DNA of 62,522 nucleotides, counting the filler, from Thermodesulfobacteriota bacterium (GTDB lineage Bacteria > DASVDK01), in assembly GCA_036381125.1 (NCBI GenBank). It is 6 parts of 6 records of this genome, joined end to end, with 100 filler letters (N's around TTAATTAATTAA, not from the genome) between each part and the next. Parts side by side here need not be neighbours in the genome. Positions count along the whole stretch, not along the records: positions 14,225 to 38,115 come from DASVDK010000278.1; 5 more parts are not named here. One strand, written 5' to 3'. The position numbers and the translations under genes are program-made. Every line of letters starts with the position of its first letter. Position 1 is the stretch's first letter. The notes beneath the pieces are model-generated. The model did no database searches. It was not told the origin of the DNA and saw only the letters and a program-made list of their open reading frames with translations. Of the stretch, positions 19,204 through 30,129 are shown piece after piece.

Positions 19204-19562
19204 TGGAGATCTTCCGCGAGTTCACCTTCGAGGCGGCCCATCGGCTGCCGAACGTCCCCGAGGGCCACAAGTGCGCCCGCCTGCACGGCCACTCCTTCCG
19301 GCTCACGGTGTACGTGCGCGGCGAGGTCGGCGCGCGGTCGGGCTGGGTCATGGACTTCGCCGACCTCAAGGCGGCCGTCGCGCCGGTGCTCGACCGCCTC
19401 GACCACAGCTACCTCAACGAGATCGAGGGGCTCGAGAACCCCACGAGCGAGGTGCTCGTTCGCTGGATCTGGGTTCGCCTGGCCCCCTCCCTGCCGGGCC
19501 TCTCCCGCCTCACCCTCCACGAGACCTGCACGTCGGGGTGTACCTACGCCGGAGAGGTGTAG
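19203..19562 (+). CDS. queD: 6-carboxytetrahydropterin synthase
   Basis: 'FEAAHRLP', 'C.RLHGHS', 'LDHSYLN', 'NPTSE', 'ET'. Confidence 0.96.
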   Translation: MEIFREFTFEAAHRLPNVPEGHKCARLHGHSFRLTVYVRGEVGARSGWVMDFADLKAAVAPVLDRLDHSYLNEIEGLENPTSEVLVRWIWVRLAPSLPGLSRLTLHETCTSGCTYAGEV

Positions 19563-19678
19563 GATCGGCGGCCGGTTGTATCCACCCGCTGTACTCAATC
19601 GATAGGCCATATTCCATTACGGCAATCGTCAGAGCCGATACTTTTCGCTTGCCTGCTCATCGAGCCCTCCTGTAGCGT

Positions 19679-20342
19679 GTAAGGGATCGCCGATACCGGG
19701 CATCCGCACTCGGGGAGGCACTGACCCTGTTCCTCTCGGCGGCCGACGCGTCCGCCTTCGTCCTGGACCGACGGGACAGACCCGGTCCGGTCGTCAACAA
19801 CACCATGGGCACGCAGTTCTGGTGCCCGATCGACTCGTCCTACCGGCACTACCAGTCCTACACCTCGTCCCGCTACTACCCCGACTATACGGTCGACCTC
19901 TTCCTCTTCCTGAGCGCCAGCGAGGGTCTCCCTGAGGAGTACTCGGTCAAGATGGACGTACGGGTTACCTCCACGGGGTTGGCCATCGGCCCGTGCACCG
20001 GGCCGAGCTGCTCGGGCAGCGGGGAGATCGTCGGTCGGTTCGCCGAGATCACGCGGACGCGGACTGAGGTCGTGAGCTTCCCCTTCGAGGCGGTCACCTA
20101 CGAGGAGTACGTCACGCGGGCTCAGGCTGCGGGCGCCCCGGTCCGGGCCAACTCGTCCGCCTCGTACGGGCACGTCCAGGTGGACCTGGGGGCGGCCGGC
20201 GGCTCGAGCACCGTGACGAACATGATGAGCCGCTACGCGTGCGGCATCGCGGGCGACTGCGGCATGCGCTCGGGGTGTTCGGGCACCCACACGCCGGTGA
20301 ACCTGTACGAGGCCGAGAAGGAGGTCCTGAGCCTGACGGTCC
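19679..20342 (+). pseudogene. 5' part of RHS/YD-repeat gene interrupted by IS21
   Basis: Frame is open from 19676 with a signal-peptide-like stretch and no canonical start before ATG 19805; rejoins the 22597 ORF in frame when the IS and one TSD are removed. Confidence 0.75.
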
Positions 20343-20412
20343 TGTCAACGGGCACCCAAATCTCCCCGCTCGTGGGCATCGAAAACTCCCCACCTCCTCG
20401 GGTCAGGTGGTG

Positions 20413-21189
20413 TTACGTGGTCGCCTCGGCCGGTCGGATCAGACCAGCCTTGAGCTTCTCCTTTAGTCGATACGAGTTGCCGCGGATGCTGATGGTGGTC
20501 GCGTGGTGGAGGACCCGGTCGAGGATCGCCGCGGCGATGACGCGATCCCCGAAGACCTCCGCCCAGTTGCCGAAACTCTGGTTGCTGGTCAGGATCATCG
20601 GCCCCCGCTCGTAGCGGCGGGTGATGAGCTGGAAGACGAGGTTCGCCCCCACCCGGTCGATCGGCAGGTAGCCGATCTCGTCGATGATCAAGAGGCGAGG
20701 GACGGTGTAGACCTTGAGCTTCTCCTCGAGGCGCCCTTCGCTGAGCGCGCGCGTCAGGGTCGCGATGAGCGTGGCGGCCGTGGTGAAGAGGACGCGGTAG
20801 CCCCGCTCGATCGCCTTCAGCCCCAAGCCGACGGCCAGATGCGTCTTGCCCACGCCCGGGGGCCCGAGCACGACGAGGTTGTCGCCGTGCTCGACGAAGT
20901 GGCAGCTGGCCAGCTGCTCGATCTGTTTCTTGTCGATCGAGGGTTGGTAGGTGAAGTCGAAGGCGTCGAGCCCTTTGACGAAGGGGAAGCGCGCCAGGTG
21001 TGTCCGCATAGTGACGTGCTTGGCGGTTTTGGAGGTCACCTCCTCGGTGAGCAGCCGGTCGAGGAAGTCGGCGTAGGGGAGCTCCTGGTCGGCGGCCTCC
21101 TGGAGCAGTGCCTCGAGCCGCTCGCGGCTCTTGATGAGGTGCAACCGCTGGAGCTGGCCCTGAAGACGTTCGAGCTGGGCGGGCGTCAT
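20413..21189 (-). CDS. istB: IS21 helper ATPase
   Basis: '[11 protein letters not shown]' Walker A, 'LLIIDEIGY' Walker B, 'ILDRVLHH', 'GNSYRL'. Confidence 0.96.
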   Translation of the reverse strand: MTPAQLERLQGQLQRLHLIKSRERLEALLQEAADQELPYADFLDRLLTEEVTSKTAKHVTMRTHLARFPFVKGLDAFDFTYQPSIDKKQIEQLASCHFVEHGDNLVVLGPPGVGKTHLAVGLGLKAIERGYRVLFTTAATLIATLTRALSEGRLEEKLKVYTVPRLLIIDEIGYLPIDRVGANLVFQLITRRYERGPMILTSNQSFGNWAEVFGDRVIAAAILDRVLHHATTISIRGNSYRLKEKLKAGLIRPAEATT

Positions 21190-22508
21190 CGGGTAGCCTC
21201 CTCGGCGACGACCGCGTCGTAGACGGCCAGATCCCGCACCTCGACGTCGGGCATGGGGGCCCCCAGGGCGGCCGGCGGGGGCGTGGAGTGCCGCTGGCGC
21301 GCGGTGCGGGCGACGGCGCCGGGGCTGTGCTCGGGGAGGATGCGCATCGGGTACTTGCCCGGCAGCTCGGGATGCATGGCGACGACCTGGCCGCGGTGGG
21401 TAATCTCGAGCTGGCCGTTGCGCCGGCGGACCTCGACCGGCTGACCGATGAGGGTGAAGGGGACCGAGTACCGGTTGGTGCCCAGTGAGACCAGGTAGTC
21501 GTCGGCGACGATACGGGCATGCGCGGCCTCGAGGCGGAAGCTGGGCTGACCGGCGGTGGGGTGCAGGTAGGGCTGCTCGCGCTGGAAGCGGTCGAGGGGG
21601 CGCTCGTGGGTGGTGCCGTGGACGCGGAGGTCGGCGATCTCGGCGAGCCACTGGGCCTGCTGCTCGCGCAGGTCGACCCAGTCGACGAAGGTGCGGCCGG
21701 GCAAGAAATTGCGCTTCCCGTACGTGACGCCGCTCTCGACCTTCCCCTTGGTCTGGGCGCGATAGGGGCGGCACAGGCGGGCCTCGAAGCCCCAGTAGGC
21801 GGCGAAGGCCTGGAAGGTGGCGTTCCAGATGACGCGCCCCTCAGGCCCCGGCTGGCAGACGGTGCGGGGGCGATCGTAGAGGTGCTCGCGGGTGTGGCCG
21901 CCGAAGTGCTCGAAGGCGTGCTCGTGGGCCTCGAGGAACGAGCCGAGGCGCTCATCGGGCCCCGGCTCGTAGAAGGCCCGGCGGCTGAAGCCCAGTGTCA
22001 GCACGAAGACGTGGACGACGATCCGTTGGTGGCGGAACGGGACCCGGGCCTGCCCCCAGTCGACCTGACTCTGCAGCCCCGGCGGCGTCTCGAAGCGCAC
22101 CGTGGCGCGCTCGGCGACCGTCTCGACGGCGCGCAGCGGCTGGACGAAGCGCTTCACGGTGTCGTAGCTGCCCCGATACCGGTGCTGCTGGCGGAGCTCC
22201 TGGAAGAGAATCTGGGCCGAGTAGCGCACCTGCGGGGCCCGTATCCGCAGCCAGTCGGCATGCTCGGCCAGGAGCGTGTCCTCGCGCGGGGGCCGGTGGT
22301 ACGGCTGCCACTGGGCCTGGTGCAAGGCCCGGCGCACGGTCTTGCGATCCAGGTCGAGCCGGCGCGCGATCTCGGTGATTGATCGGTGCTCGGTGTGATG
22401 CAGGCGGTGGATCTCCACCCAGCAGGCCTCCCGGATCATGCTCTCCTCCCCGAGCCCCTTCGGCTCGGGGACCATCATGCCGGTCTCGACGGTCGGGTCA
22501 CTCGCCAT
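21186..22508 (-). CDS. istA: IS21 DDE transposase (start uncertain)
   Basis: HTH '[17 protein letters not shown]', 'RFETPPG.Q.QVDWG', 'LYDR', 'AQTKGKVE', 'HGTT'. Confidence 0.95.
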   Translation of the reverse strand: MASDPTVETGMMVPEPKGLGEESMIREACWVEIHRLHHTEHRSITEIARRLDLDRKTVRRALHQAQWQPYHRPPREDTLLAEHADWLRIRAPQVRYSAQILFQELRQQHRYRGSYDTVKRFVQPLRAVETVAERATVRFETPPGLQSQVDWGQARVPFRHQRIVVHVFVLTLGFSRRAFYEPGPDERLGSFLEAHEHAFEHFGGHTREHLYDRPRTVCQPGPEGRVIWNATFQAFAAYWGFEARLCRPYRAQTKGKVESGVTYGKRNFLPGRTFVDWVDLREQQAQWLAEIADLRVHGTTHERPLDRFQREQPYLHPTAGQPSFRLEAAHARIVADDYLVSLGTNRYSVPFTLIGQPVEVRRRNGQLEITHRGQVVAMHPELPGKYPMRILPEHSPGAVARTARQRHSTPPPAALGAPMPDVEVRDLAVYDAVVAEEATR

Positions 22509-22590
22509 CGCGCAGTCTCCTCAGGTGAGGCGCGGCTGGGGAGTTTTCGCTGCCCCCACCCGAGGAGATTTGCATGCCCAGTAACAGGTC

Positions 22591-25503
22591 CTGCGCGTGC
22601 CGGTCGAGATCTGCAGCAACCGCCTGGACGACGACGGCAACGGAGCCATCGACGAGGCCTGCGCCGATCAGGGAGACGAGCCGGTGCCCGGTCGATCCGG
22701 CGCGGGCCCGGGCGGTCCCGGCGGGCCACCGCCCGGGCCGCCGGATCCGCCCTGCGGGAACAGGAACAGCGAGGAGGTGAACTCCCGCTGCGCGCTGGCC
22801 AGCGGCGCCCTCACCGACACGCTCGACCTCCTGAGCCTGCCCGGCGGGCCGCTGCCGCTTCATTTCACCGCCAGCTACTCGTCCGTTGCGCCCACGGTCA
22901 TCGGCAACCCCGTCGCCGCACCGGGCCCCCTCGGCCGCGGCTGGACGCACAGCTACCTCGCGCGCGTCCTGGCCGTTTCCGGGGCCCTCACCCGTTCGGT
23001 GGTCACGTCGTCGGGGACCTACCGCACCTACCGGCAGCACGGCACCAACTCGACCTTCGTCGCCACCGGCCGGGGCGGGCTGCGCGATCGCCTCGTCCGG
23101 CAGCCGAGCGGCACGCTCCAGCGTCAGTTCCTCGACGGTACCCGCTGGGATTTCGCCCCGGGCACCGGCTACCTCACCCAGGTCCGCGACCGCAATGGCC
23201 ACACCCTCACGCTGACCCACGACAGCAGCGGCCGGCTCACCCGGGTCGACGATCCCTCCGGCCGCTGGATCACCTTCACCTACGACCCGACGACCGGCTA
23301 CCTCGTCCAGGCCGACGACTCGGCCGGCCGCACCGTCTCGTTCAGCTACACGGGGGACTTCCTCACCGGGATTGTCGATGCGGCCGGGGGGAGCTGGAGC
23401 TTCACGTACGACGCCGCCGGCCGGATGCTGACCAAGACCGACCCGCGGGGCCAGACCGTCACGTACGCGTACGATGCCCAGGGGCGCCTCGCCTCGGTCA
23501 CCGACGCGGCCTCGATCACCCGGCAGTTCGTCTACAACACCAGCACGTCGACCACGCAGGTGCTCGAGCCGGGCGGGGCGTCCTGGACGCAGCGCTGGCA
23601 CTCGCGACTCGATCGGCCACTCCAGGTCACCGACGCGACCGGCCGCGTGACCACGTACACCTACGACGGCGTCGGCAACCTCCTGACGATGACCCGCGCC
23701 GGCCAGACCTGGCGCTATACCTACGACGACCAGGGGCGCGTGCTGACCGAAACCGATCCCCTGTCGCAGACGACCACGTACACCTACGACCCGGTCTCGA
23801 ACCAGGTCGCAACGCGGCTCGCGCCCGACGGCGGCCTCACGGAGTACACCTACGACGCGGCGGGGAACCTGGCCACGGTGACCGACCCCACCGGCCGCAC
23901 CACGAGCTACGGATACGACAGCCTCGGCCGGCTCACCACCATCACCGACCCGGCCGGCCAGACGACCACGCTCACCTACGACGCGCAACACCAGCTCACC
24001 TCGACGACCGACCCCAGCGGCGTGACACTCACCTTCACCTACGATGCGGTCGGCCGTCTCGCGACGGTCACCGAGGCGGGCGGCGCGACGACCAGTTACG
24101 CCTACGACGACGCCGGGCGCGTGCTGACCGAGACGAGCCCGCTCGGCGACGTGACGAGCTACGCCTACGACGCGCACGGGCGGCTCGAGGCCACCACCAC
24201 GCCGCGCGGTCACGTGATCGAGCGCCGATACGACGCCGCCGGCCGCCTCACCGAGCGGCTCGGTCCGGGCGGACTGGCGGAGACCTACACCTACGACGCG
24301 AACGGGCGGCTCGCGACCGTGGCCGGCGGCGGGGTGACCTACACCTTCGCCTACGACCTGGCGGGGCGCGTGACCAGCGTGACCGACTCGCGCGGCTACG
24401 TCGTCAGCTACACGTACGACGCGGCCGGGCGGCGGCAGACGTTGACCTACCCCGGCGGCCAGGTCCTGACCTACGGCTACGACCCGGCCGGCAGGCTCAC
24501 CTCGCTCGCCGACGGCCCGCGCGTCCTCACGATCGGCTACGACGCCCGGGGCCGGCGGGCGAGCCTCACCTATCCGAACGGGGTACAGACGACGTACAGG
24601 TACGACTTCGCGAGCCGACTCACCGGCATCACCCACGCCACGAGCGGGGGCGTCACGCTCCAGAGCTTCACCTACGGGCTCAACGCGGCCGACTCCCGCA
24701 CGAGCCTGACCACCCTGGCCCAGGATCTCGCATTTGCCTATGACCTGGCCAACCGGCTCACCGCGGTCACCGCCACGCCGGCGAGCCCGCTGCCGTCGGA
24801 GGCCTTCACCTACGACGGCGTCGGCAACCGGCTGACCGGCCCCGACCCGGGCGACGCCTACACCTACAATGCCGGCCACCAGCTCCAGACCGGCCCGGGG
24901 GCGACCTACACGTACGACGCCAGCGGCAACCGGGTGACGAAGACGGATGCCACCGGTACGACGACGTACACGTGGGACGCCTTCGAGCGGCTGGTGGAGG
25001 CCGTCGTGACCACCGGCAGCGGCACGACCACGGTGAGCTTCGCCTACGATGCCCTCGGGCGGCGGATTGCGAAGACGGTGGTCGTGACTCCGACCAGTGG
25101 CCCCGTCGTGACGACCACAACCACCTACGTCTACGACGGTGAGGACATCATCTGGGAGGAGACGACGACCGACGCCGGCGGGGCGCCGGTGACAACGACG
25201 ATCCGTTACGTCCACGGCCCGGGCATCGACGAGCCGCTGCTGGTCGAGACCGGGGGCCAGGTGCTGGCCGTGCACGCCGACGGCCTCGGCAGCGTGACCG
25301 GGTTGTCGGACGCCTCACAGACGCTGGTGGAGGAGCGGCACTATACGGCCTTCGGCCAGATGCAGCGGACCGGGAGCTGGCCGGGCCTCGCGTATGCGTA
25401 CACGGGGCGGGAGCCGGAGCCTGAACTCGGGCTCCATGGCTACTGGGCCGGGTATCATGACCCCGAGCGGTGCGGTTCGTCGGTCGAGACCCGGTCGGCT
25501 TGA
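22591..25503 (+). pseudogene. RHS/YD-repeat protein, 3' part, with decayed core end and no toxin tip
   Basis: 'LGRGWTHSY', many 'YTYDxxGRL' repeats, 'YVHGPGIDEPL', 'HADGLGSV', 'YTGRE'; core end frameshifted near 25470. Confidence 0.88.
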
Positions 25504-25685
25504 CCCTCCACGAACCGGCCCGGACAGGGGCGCCGTCCGCCCTGGCCCTGCACGGCACGGGGCGAGCCGCGGAAGTCCTCACCCGCGTGTCACACGGCGC
25601 CGCGCCGCCTCGTCACGTCTCCGGAGAGGGTCCCCGACGGGCGAAGGAGGAGCAGGTGAACCGGCAGCGAGCGACGGATGGCGTG

Positions 25686-26564
25686 ATGGCGGAGGCGGCC
25701 GGGCAGGAGGCGGCGGCGAGCTTCGACCCGTTGCGTCCTCGGTTGACCCGCATCGCGTACCGGATGCTGGGATCGGTGGCGGACGCGGAGGACGTGGTCC
25801 AGGAGGCGTTCCTCCGCTGGCTCGATGCCGACAGGGATGCGGTGCGCGAGCCGGAAGCGTTCCTGCGCCGCGTGGTGACGCGGCTCTGCCTCGACCACCT
25901 GAAGTCCGCGCGGCACCGGCGCGAGACCTATGTCGGGCCCTGGCTGCCGGAGCCGGTCGTCGAGGCGGCGGAGGGTGAGATCGACGACGTCACGCTGCCG
26001 CTCCTGATGGCGCTCGAGCGCCTGTCGCCGCTGGAGCGCGCCGCGTTCCTCCTGCACGACGTCTTCGGCGTGAGCTACGACGAGATCGCCGCGACGATCG
26101 ATCGAGATCCGGCGGCGTGCCGGCAGCTTGCCAGCCGTGCCAGGACCCATGTCCGCGCCGCGCGTCCCCGCTTCCAGGTGCCCAGGGAGCGCGGCCTCGA
26201 GATCGCCGCGGCGTTCTTCGCGGCGTCACGCAAGGGGGACATGGATCGGTTGCGATCGCTCCTGGCAGCGGATGTCGTCGTGTATGCCGACGGCGGCGGC
26301 AAGACGTCGGCCGCAACGCGGCCGATCGTCGGAATCGACGGCGTCATGCAGCTCTTCGCGTCGCTCGCGCCCGTCTTCGCCGAGAGGATGTCGCGGCTCG
26401 TGCGCTACGGCTTCGTCAACGGCTTGCCGGGATTCGTCACGATCGAGCAGGACGAGACGCTTCAGACCACCGCGCTCGACATCGAGGACGGCAGGATCGT
26501 CGCCATGTACGTCGTGCGCAACCCGGACAAGCTCCGGCATCTCGGCGGCCATGCGATTCACTGA
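25686..26564 (+). CDS. ECF sigma-70 factor, ECF41/SigJ type with SnoaL-like C-terminus (start uncertain)
   Basis: 'AYRMLGSVADAEDVVQEA', 'YVGPWLPEP', 'DGGG', 'RNPDKL'. Confidence 0.92.
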   Translation: MAEAAGQEAAASFDPLRPRLTRIAYRMLGSVADAEDVVQEAFLRWLDADRDAVREPEAFLRRVVTRLCLDHLKSARHRRETYVGPWLPEPVVEAAEGEIDDVTLPLLMALERLSPLERAAFLLHDVFGVSYDEIAATIDRDPAACRQLASRARTHVRAARPRFQVPRERGLEIAAAFFAASRKGDMDRLRSLLAADVVVYADGGGKTSAATRPIVGIDGVMQLFASLAPVFAERMSRLVRYGFVNGLPGFVTIEQDETLQTTALDIEDGRIVAMYVVRNPDKLRHLGGHAIH

Positions 26565-26574
26565 TCGGAAGACC

Positions 26575-27222
26575 GTGTCGAACGCCCGCGTCGCCGTCGT
26601 CTACCACAGCGGCTACGGCCACACCGGACGGCTGGCCGAGGCCGTGAGAGCCGGCGTGGAGCAGGTCGAGGGCGTAGAGGGCCTGCTGCTCACGGTCGAG
26701 GAAGCGCAGAGGCGCTGGGACGATCTCGCGGCCGCCGACGCGATCGTCTTCGGCGCGCCGACGTACATGGCGAGCGTCTCGGCGCCGTTCAAGGCGTTCC
26801 AGGAGGCGACCTCCCACGCGGTCATGGCCAGGCGCTTCGCGTGGAAGGACAAGATCGCGGCCGGCTTCACGAACTCCGGCGCCCGTTCCGGCGACAAGCT
26901 GGCGACGCTGGTCCAGCTCGCGCTCTTCGCCGCTCAGCACGGGATGCACTGGGTCAACCTCGGGCTTCCGCCCGCGAACAACTCGACGGCGGGCTCGGAG
27001 GAGGATCTCAACCGGCTCGGCTTCTGGCTGGGGGCCGGCGCGCAGTCGAACGTCGACCAGGGTCCCGACCTGGCGCCTCCCGAGTCGGATCTCGCCACGG
27101 CGCGCTATCTCGGACGGCGCGTGGCCGAGGTGACGCTTCAGTTCGTCCGGGGTCGCGCCGCGGTCCAACTCGGTCCGGACCGGGTTCGCGGCCACCCGGC
27201 GGCCCGGCGAACCGTGACGTAG
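26575..27222 (+). CDS. Flavodoxin / WrbA-like NAD(P)H-dependent oxidoreductase
   Basis: 'YHSGYGHT', 'FGAPTYM', 'WKDKIAAGFTNSG..SGDK'. Confidence 0.9.
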   Translation: MSNARVAVVYHSGYGHTGRLAEAVRAGVEQVEGVEGLLLTVEEAQRRWDDLAAADAIVFGAPTYMASVSAPFKAFQEATSHAVMARRFAWKDKIAAGFTNSGARSGDKLATLVQLALFAAQHGMHWVNLGLPPANNSTAGSEEDLNRLGFWLGAGAQSNVDQGPDLAPPESDLATARYLGRRVAEVTLQFVRGRAAVQLGPDRVRGHPAARRTVT

Positions 27223-27250
27223 CGGCCCCCGGGCTCCCGCACCTGCGCCG

Positions 27251-28609
27251 TCAAGCGATTCCCCTACGGTCGTCGGCGGGTCGACTCGCGCCGCCCGGTT
27301 CGTCGACGCCGCACGCCTCGAAGGTGCACGCCTTCACCCTCGTGCGCCTCGCCGCGATCCACCGGTAGGCGCGCCGGCCGACCGCCGGCACGCCGGGCAC
27401 GCGGAAGACGAACCACACCGGCCACAGGAGCGGAACCCGCCGCGCGATCTCGGTGAAGGCGTCGAACCCCCGGCGCACCGAGCCGTCCGGCACGAGCAGG
27501 TGCATCTCCCGGCGACATTCGGCAAGGTCGAGGTCCTTCCGGGACGCGGCCAGCGCCGGCCACCGCGCCTCGAGGCCGCCGAGCGCGAGGCGGTCGCCCC
27601 AGTCGAGGGCGCGCACGAGCGTGGCGGTTCGGATGCAGAAGGGGCAGCGGTCGTCGTAGAGGACCTCGGCCCTCGCCGCGCCCCTCCCGCGCAGCCGCGC
27701 CGCGAGCGCCGCCCACGGCACGAAGACCGAGTAGAGCGCGACGAACTGGAAGAAGGGCGCCCGCTGCACGAGGTAGATGCCGGTGTGGAAGGCGGTGCCG
27801 ACGGGCACGTAGACCAGGGCCAGCGCGGGCATCACCAGCACGACCCAGAAGGTGGCCTCGAACAGCAGGGCGCCCACGGAGGCCAGAACCGCCACGACGT
27901 GCTGCTCGCCGAGCCACACGCCGAGGTCGCTCCCCCACCTGAGCCCGTCGCGAAGCATGTAGACCCGCAGGGTGTAGCCGTTCACCCAGGCGAGCCCGCC
28001 GCCGGCGAGCTTGGACCAGGCGGCCGAGAGGTAGATCAGCGCGAAGAGCCAGCGCACGGTGAGGAGCGGCCAGCGGGCGAAGGGGCTCTCGCCGGCGAGC
28101 GGATCGCCCTCGACGGCGCGGCGCTCGCGCCGGGCCCGGGCGAGCCGGCGCCGCAGGTCGTCGACGGACAGACGCGCGCCCGCGGGCGCGAGCGCGAGGA
28201 GACCGAGGGCGAGCACCATGAGCGCCTCGGGGTGGTGGATCTCGCCGAACGAGTACCGGTAGGCCTGGATCGCCACGTTGCCGAGCGTGAAGGCGGCCAG
28301 CGACGCGTTGGTGCGCCAGCCGACGAGCGCGAACGCGCCCGCGGCCACGGAGAGCCAGTAGACGGCGTGGAGGGCGTCGCCGCTCGGCCTGACCCGCCAG
28401 CCGAACGGCAGCGTCAGGAGCCGCAGCGCGGCGAGCGGCTCGTAGAGCGCGGCGGGGAGGCCGTCCAGCTCGGTGAAGAGGGCGTGGTGATCGAGCCGCA
28501 GCAGGAGCCAGAGCTGGAAGCCGACGGCGACGACGCGCACGACGGCGAGGTCGAGGAGCGCCGCCGGCCGGAACCAGTAGGCGCACCAGGCGCCCCACGC
28601 GCGGCTCAC
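27251..28609 (-). CDS. HTTM-like membrane protein fused to a DCC (DUF393) thiol-disulfide oxidoreductase domain
   Basis: Multi-TM region with 'IYLSAAWSKL...W.NG' and 'FHTGI'; C-terminal 'YDDRCPFC', 'GFDAF', 'YRWIAARR...C...C'. Confidence 0.75.
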   Translation of the reverse strand: MSRAWGAWCAYWFRPAALLDLAVVRVVAVGFQLWLLLRLDHHALFTELDGLPAALYEPLAALRLLTLPFGWRVRPSGDALHAVYWLSVAAGAFALVGWRTNASLAAFTLGNVAIQAYRYSFGEIHHPEALMVLALGLLALAPAGARLSVDDLRRRLARARRERRAVEGDPLAGESPFARWPLLTVRWLFALIYLSAAWSKLAGGGLAWVNGYTLRVYMLRDGLRWGSDLGVWLGEQHVVAVLASVGALLFEATFWVVLVMPALALVYVPVGTAFHTGIYLVQRAPFFQFVALYSVFVPWAALAARLRGRGAARAEVLYDDRCPFCIRTATLVRALDWGDRLALGGLEARWPALAASRKDLDLAECRREMHLLVPDGSVRRGFDAFTEIARRVPLLWPVWFVFRVPGVPAVGRRAYRWIAARRTRVKACTFEACGVDEPGGASRPADDRRGIA

Positions 28610-29058
28610 CGCGCGCCTTTCGGGAGATGCGCCTCCGCGACGACCGTCGGCCTGCCGGGCCGCACGCCGTCGCGCGTGACGACGAGCGGCCGGCTCTCGA
28701 GCCGGAGGCGCGCAAGGGGCGTCCCGTGGCGGGCCCGGTAGAGGTCGGCGTGGACGGCGAGCCCGTCGATGTTCCCGCGCCGCAGCCCCTCGACGACGCC
28801 GTAGTGGAACCGCCAGAAATTGAGGCCGAGGTCCTCGGGACGCACCGGCACCTCGCGGCCGTCCGGCAGCGTCCCGACCACGACCGGCCGGTCGACCACG
28901 GCACCCTCGTGGTGCGCGCGCGCGTACATCGGGTAGTCGAGGAACGGCCAGAGCCAGTTCGGGCCCCGCCCCGTCAGGGGCGCCAGGAGCGCGAACGAGG
29001 CAGCCGCCTGGAGGGCGAGGACGGCGCCGACGACGGTCGAGACGGCCGCGCGCGACAT
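28606..29058 (-). CDS. Membrane-anchored partner of the HTTM protein
   Basis: N-terminal TM, 'WPFLDYPMYA'; GTGA overlap with the HTTM gene. Confidence 0.65.
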   Translation of the reverse strand: MSRAAVSTVVGAVLALQAAASFALLAPLTGRGPNWLWPFLDYPMYARAHHEGAVVDRPVVVGTLPDGREVPVRPEDLGLNFWRFHYGVVEGLRRGNIDGLAVHADLYRARHGTPLARLRLESRPLVVTRDGVRPGRPTVVAEAHLPKGAR

Positions 29059-29132
29059 GCCTGGAGTCTAGGGCGCACCGCCGGCGGACGCGAGGCCGGA
29101 CCGGGCGCCGGCGCGGCCCCGCAGGGCGGGCG

Positions 29133-30128
29133 TCAGGGCGCGATGACCGCGAGCCTGGGGCCGACCCTGACCTCGAGGACCTGCTCGGAGGCGAGCGCGG
29201 CGGTGGCGTCCTCGCCGTCGATCTGGAAGTCGGTCGCGCCGGCGGGCTCGACCTCGACGCGGCTCGTCTGCCACGAGGGGAGCTTCGGCCACCACGGCGC
29301 CCGGGCCGGCGCGAAGCGCAGTCGCGTCAGCATGAGCCGGATGAAGTCGGCCGCGGTGGGCACGACGGTGACCTCGAAGCGCCCGTCGCCCAGCTCGGCC
29401 ATGGGGGCGAGGTACGAGCCGCCGCCGTAGTGGCGGATGTTGCTGATGATGAGGGTCTTGGCGCGCGGCGGCAGCCCGACCGGCTCGAGCGAGCCGTCCT
29501 CCCGCGCAACCCTGAGCCGCACGCCGTCGGGGAGCCGCTCGCCGAGGTATCGCAGGCCGAGGAGCGTCAGCGCGGCCTTGTTCGCGAGGGTCGACCGGAG
29601 GAGCCGTCCCGAGAGCCGGTGCCGCAGCCTGGCGAACGTACACGCCACGCGCGCGTCGAGACCGAACGAGAGGTACGAGGCGAAGAGGATGCGGCGGTTG
29701 ACCTCGAGGAGGTCCACCTCGACGCGCCGTCCCCAGAGCAGCGCCTCGCAGGCCTGATCGACGGCCGCTCGCCTGCGGGGCCCGAAGGGCCGGTAGAGCC
29801 CGAGCGTGCGGCTGAAGTCGTTGCCGGTGCCGAGCGGGATCACGCCGAGGGCGGCGCGCCCGCCGCCGGCGACCAGGCCGCGGATCACGTCGAGCACGGT
29901 GCCGTCCCCGCCGACGGCCACGACCACCGGGGCGCGGCGGCTCGCCTCGGCGGCCTGCTGGACCACCTCGCCGGGCCGGGTGAACTCGATCTGGAAGTCG
30001 AGGCCGAGCACCGCCCCTCGACGCTCGAGCGCCTCGAGCACGTGCCCCGCGACGGCGCGGCCGAGCCGGCCGCCCGCGCGCGGGTTGACGAGGAAGAGCA
30101 GCCGTCCGACCTCGCGGCCGGCCGGCAT
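29133..30128 (-). CDS. Diacylglycerol/lipid kinase family protein
   Basis: 'NPRAG', 'GGDGT', 'PLGTGNDF', 'YGGG', 'DGRFEV', 'QIDGE'. Confidence 0.92.
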   Translation of the reverse strand: MPAGREVGRLLFLVNPRAGGRLGRAVAGHVLEALERRGAVLGLDFQIEFTRPGEVVQQAAEASRRAPVVVAVGGDGTVLDVIRGLVAGGGRAALGVIPLGTGNDFSRTLGLYRPFGPRRRAAVDQACEALLWGRRVEVDLLEVNRRILFASYLSFGLDARVACTFARLRHRLSGRLLRSTLANKAALTLLGLRYLGERLPDGVRLRVAREDGSLEPVGLPPRAKTLIISNIRHYGGGSYLAPMAELGDGRFEVTVVPTAADFIRLMLTRLRFAPARAPWWPKLPSWQTSRVEVEPAGATDFQIDGEDATAALASEQVLEVRVGPRLAVIAP

Positions 30129-30129
30129 G

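Larger units (their letters stand above)
20343..22586 (-). mobile_element. Complete IS21-family insertion sequence (2244 bp)
   Basis: TG...CA ends, about 50-bp imperfect IRs (TGTCAACGGGCACCCAAATCTCCCC / TGTTACTGGGCATGCAAATCTCCTC), 5-bp TSD GGTCC at 20338-20342 and 22587-22591, istA plus istB. Confidence 0.96.

Noticed and set aside
17828-19562. queCED plus the DGQHR gene as a dpd DNA-modification island
   Set aside because: They are on different contigs and no dpdA/tgt-like gene is visible
20343-20614. C-terminal 90 aa of the 19805-20614 ORF
   Set aside because: Read-through into the IS21 end; not part of the original gene
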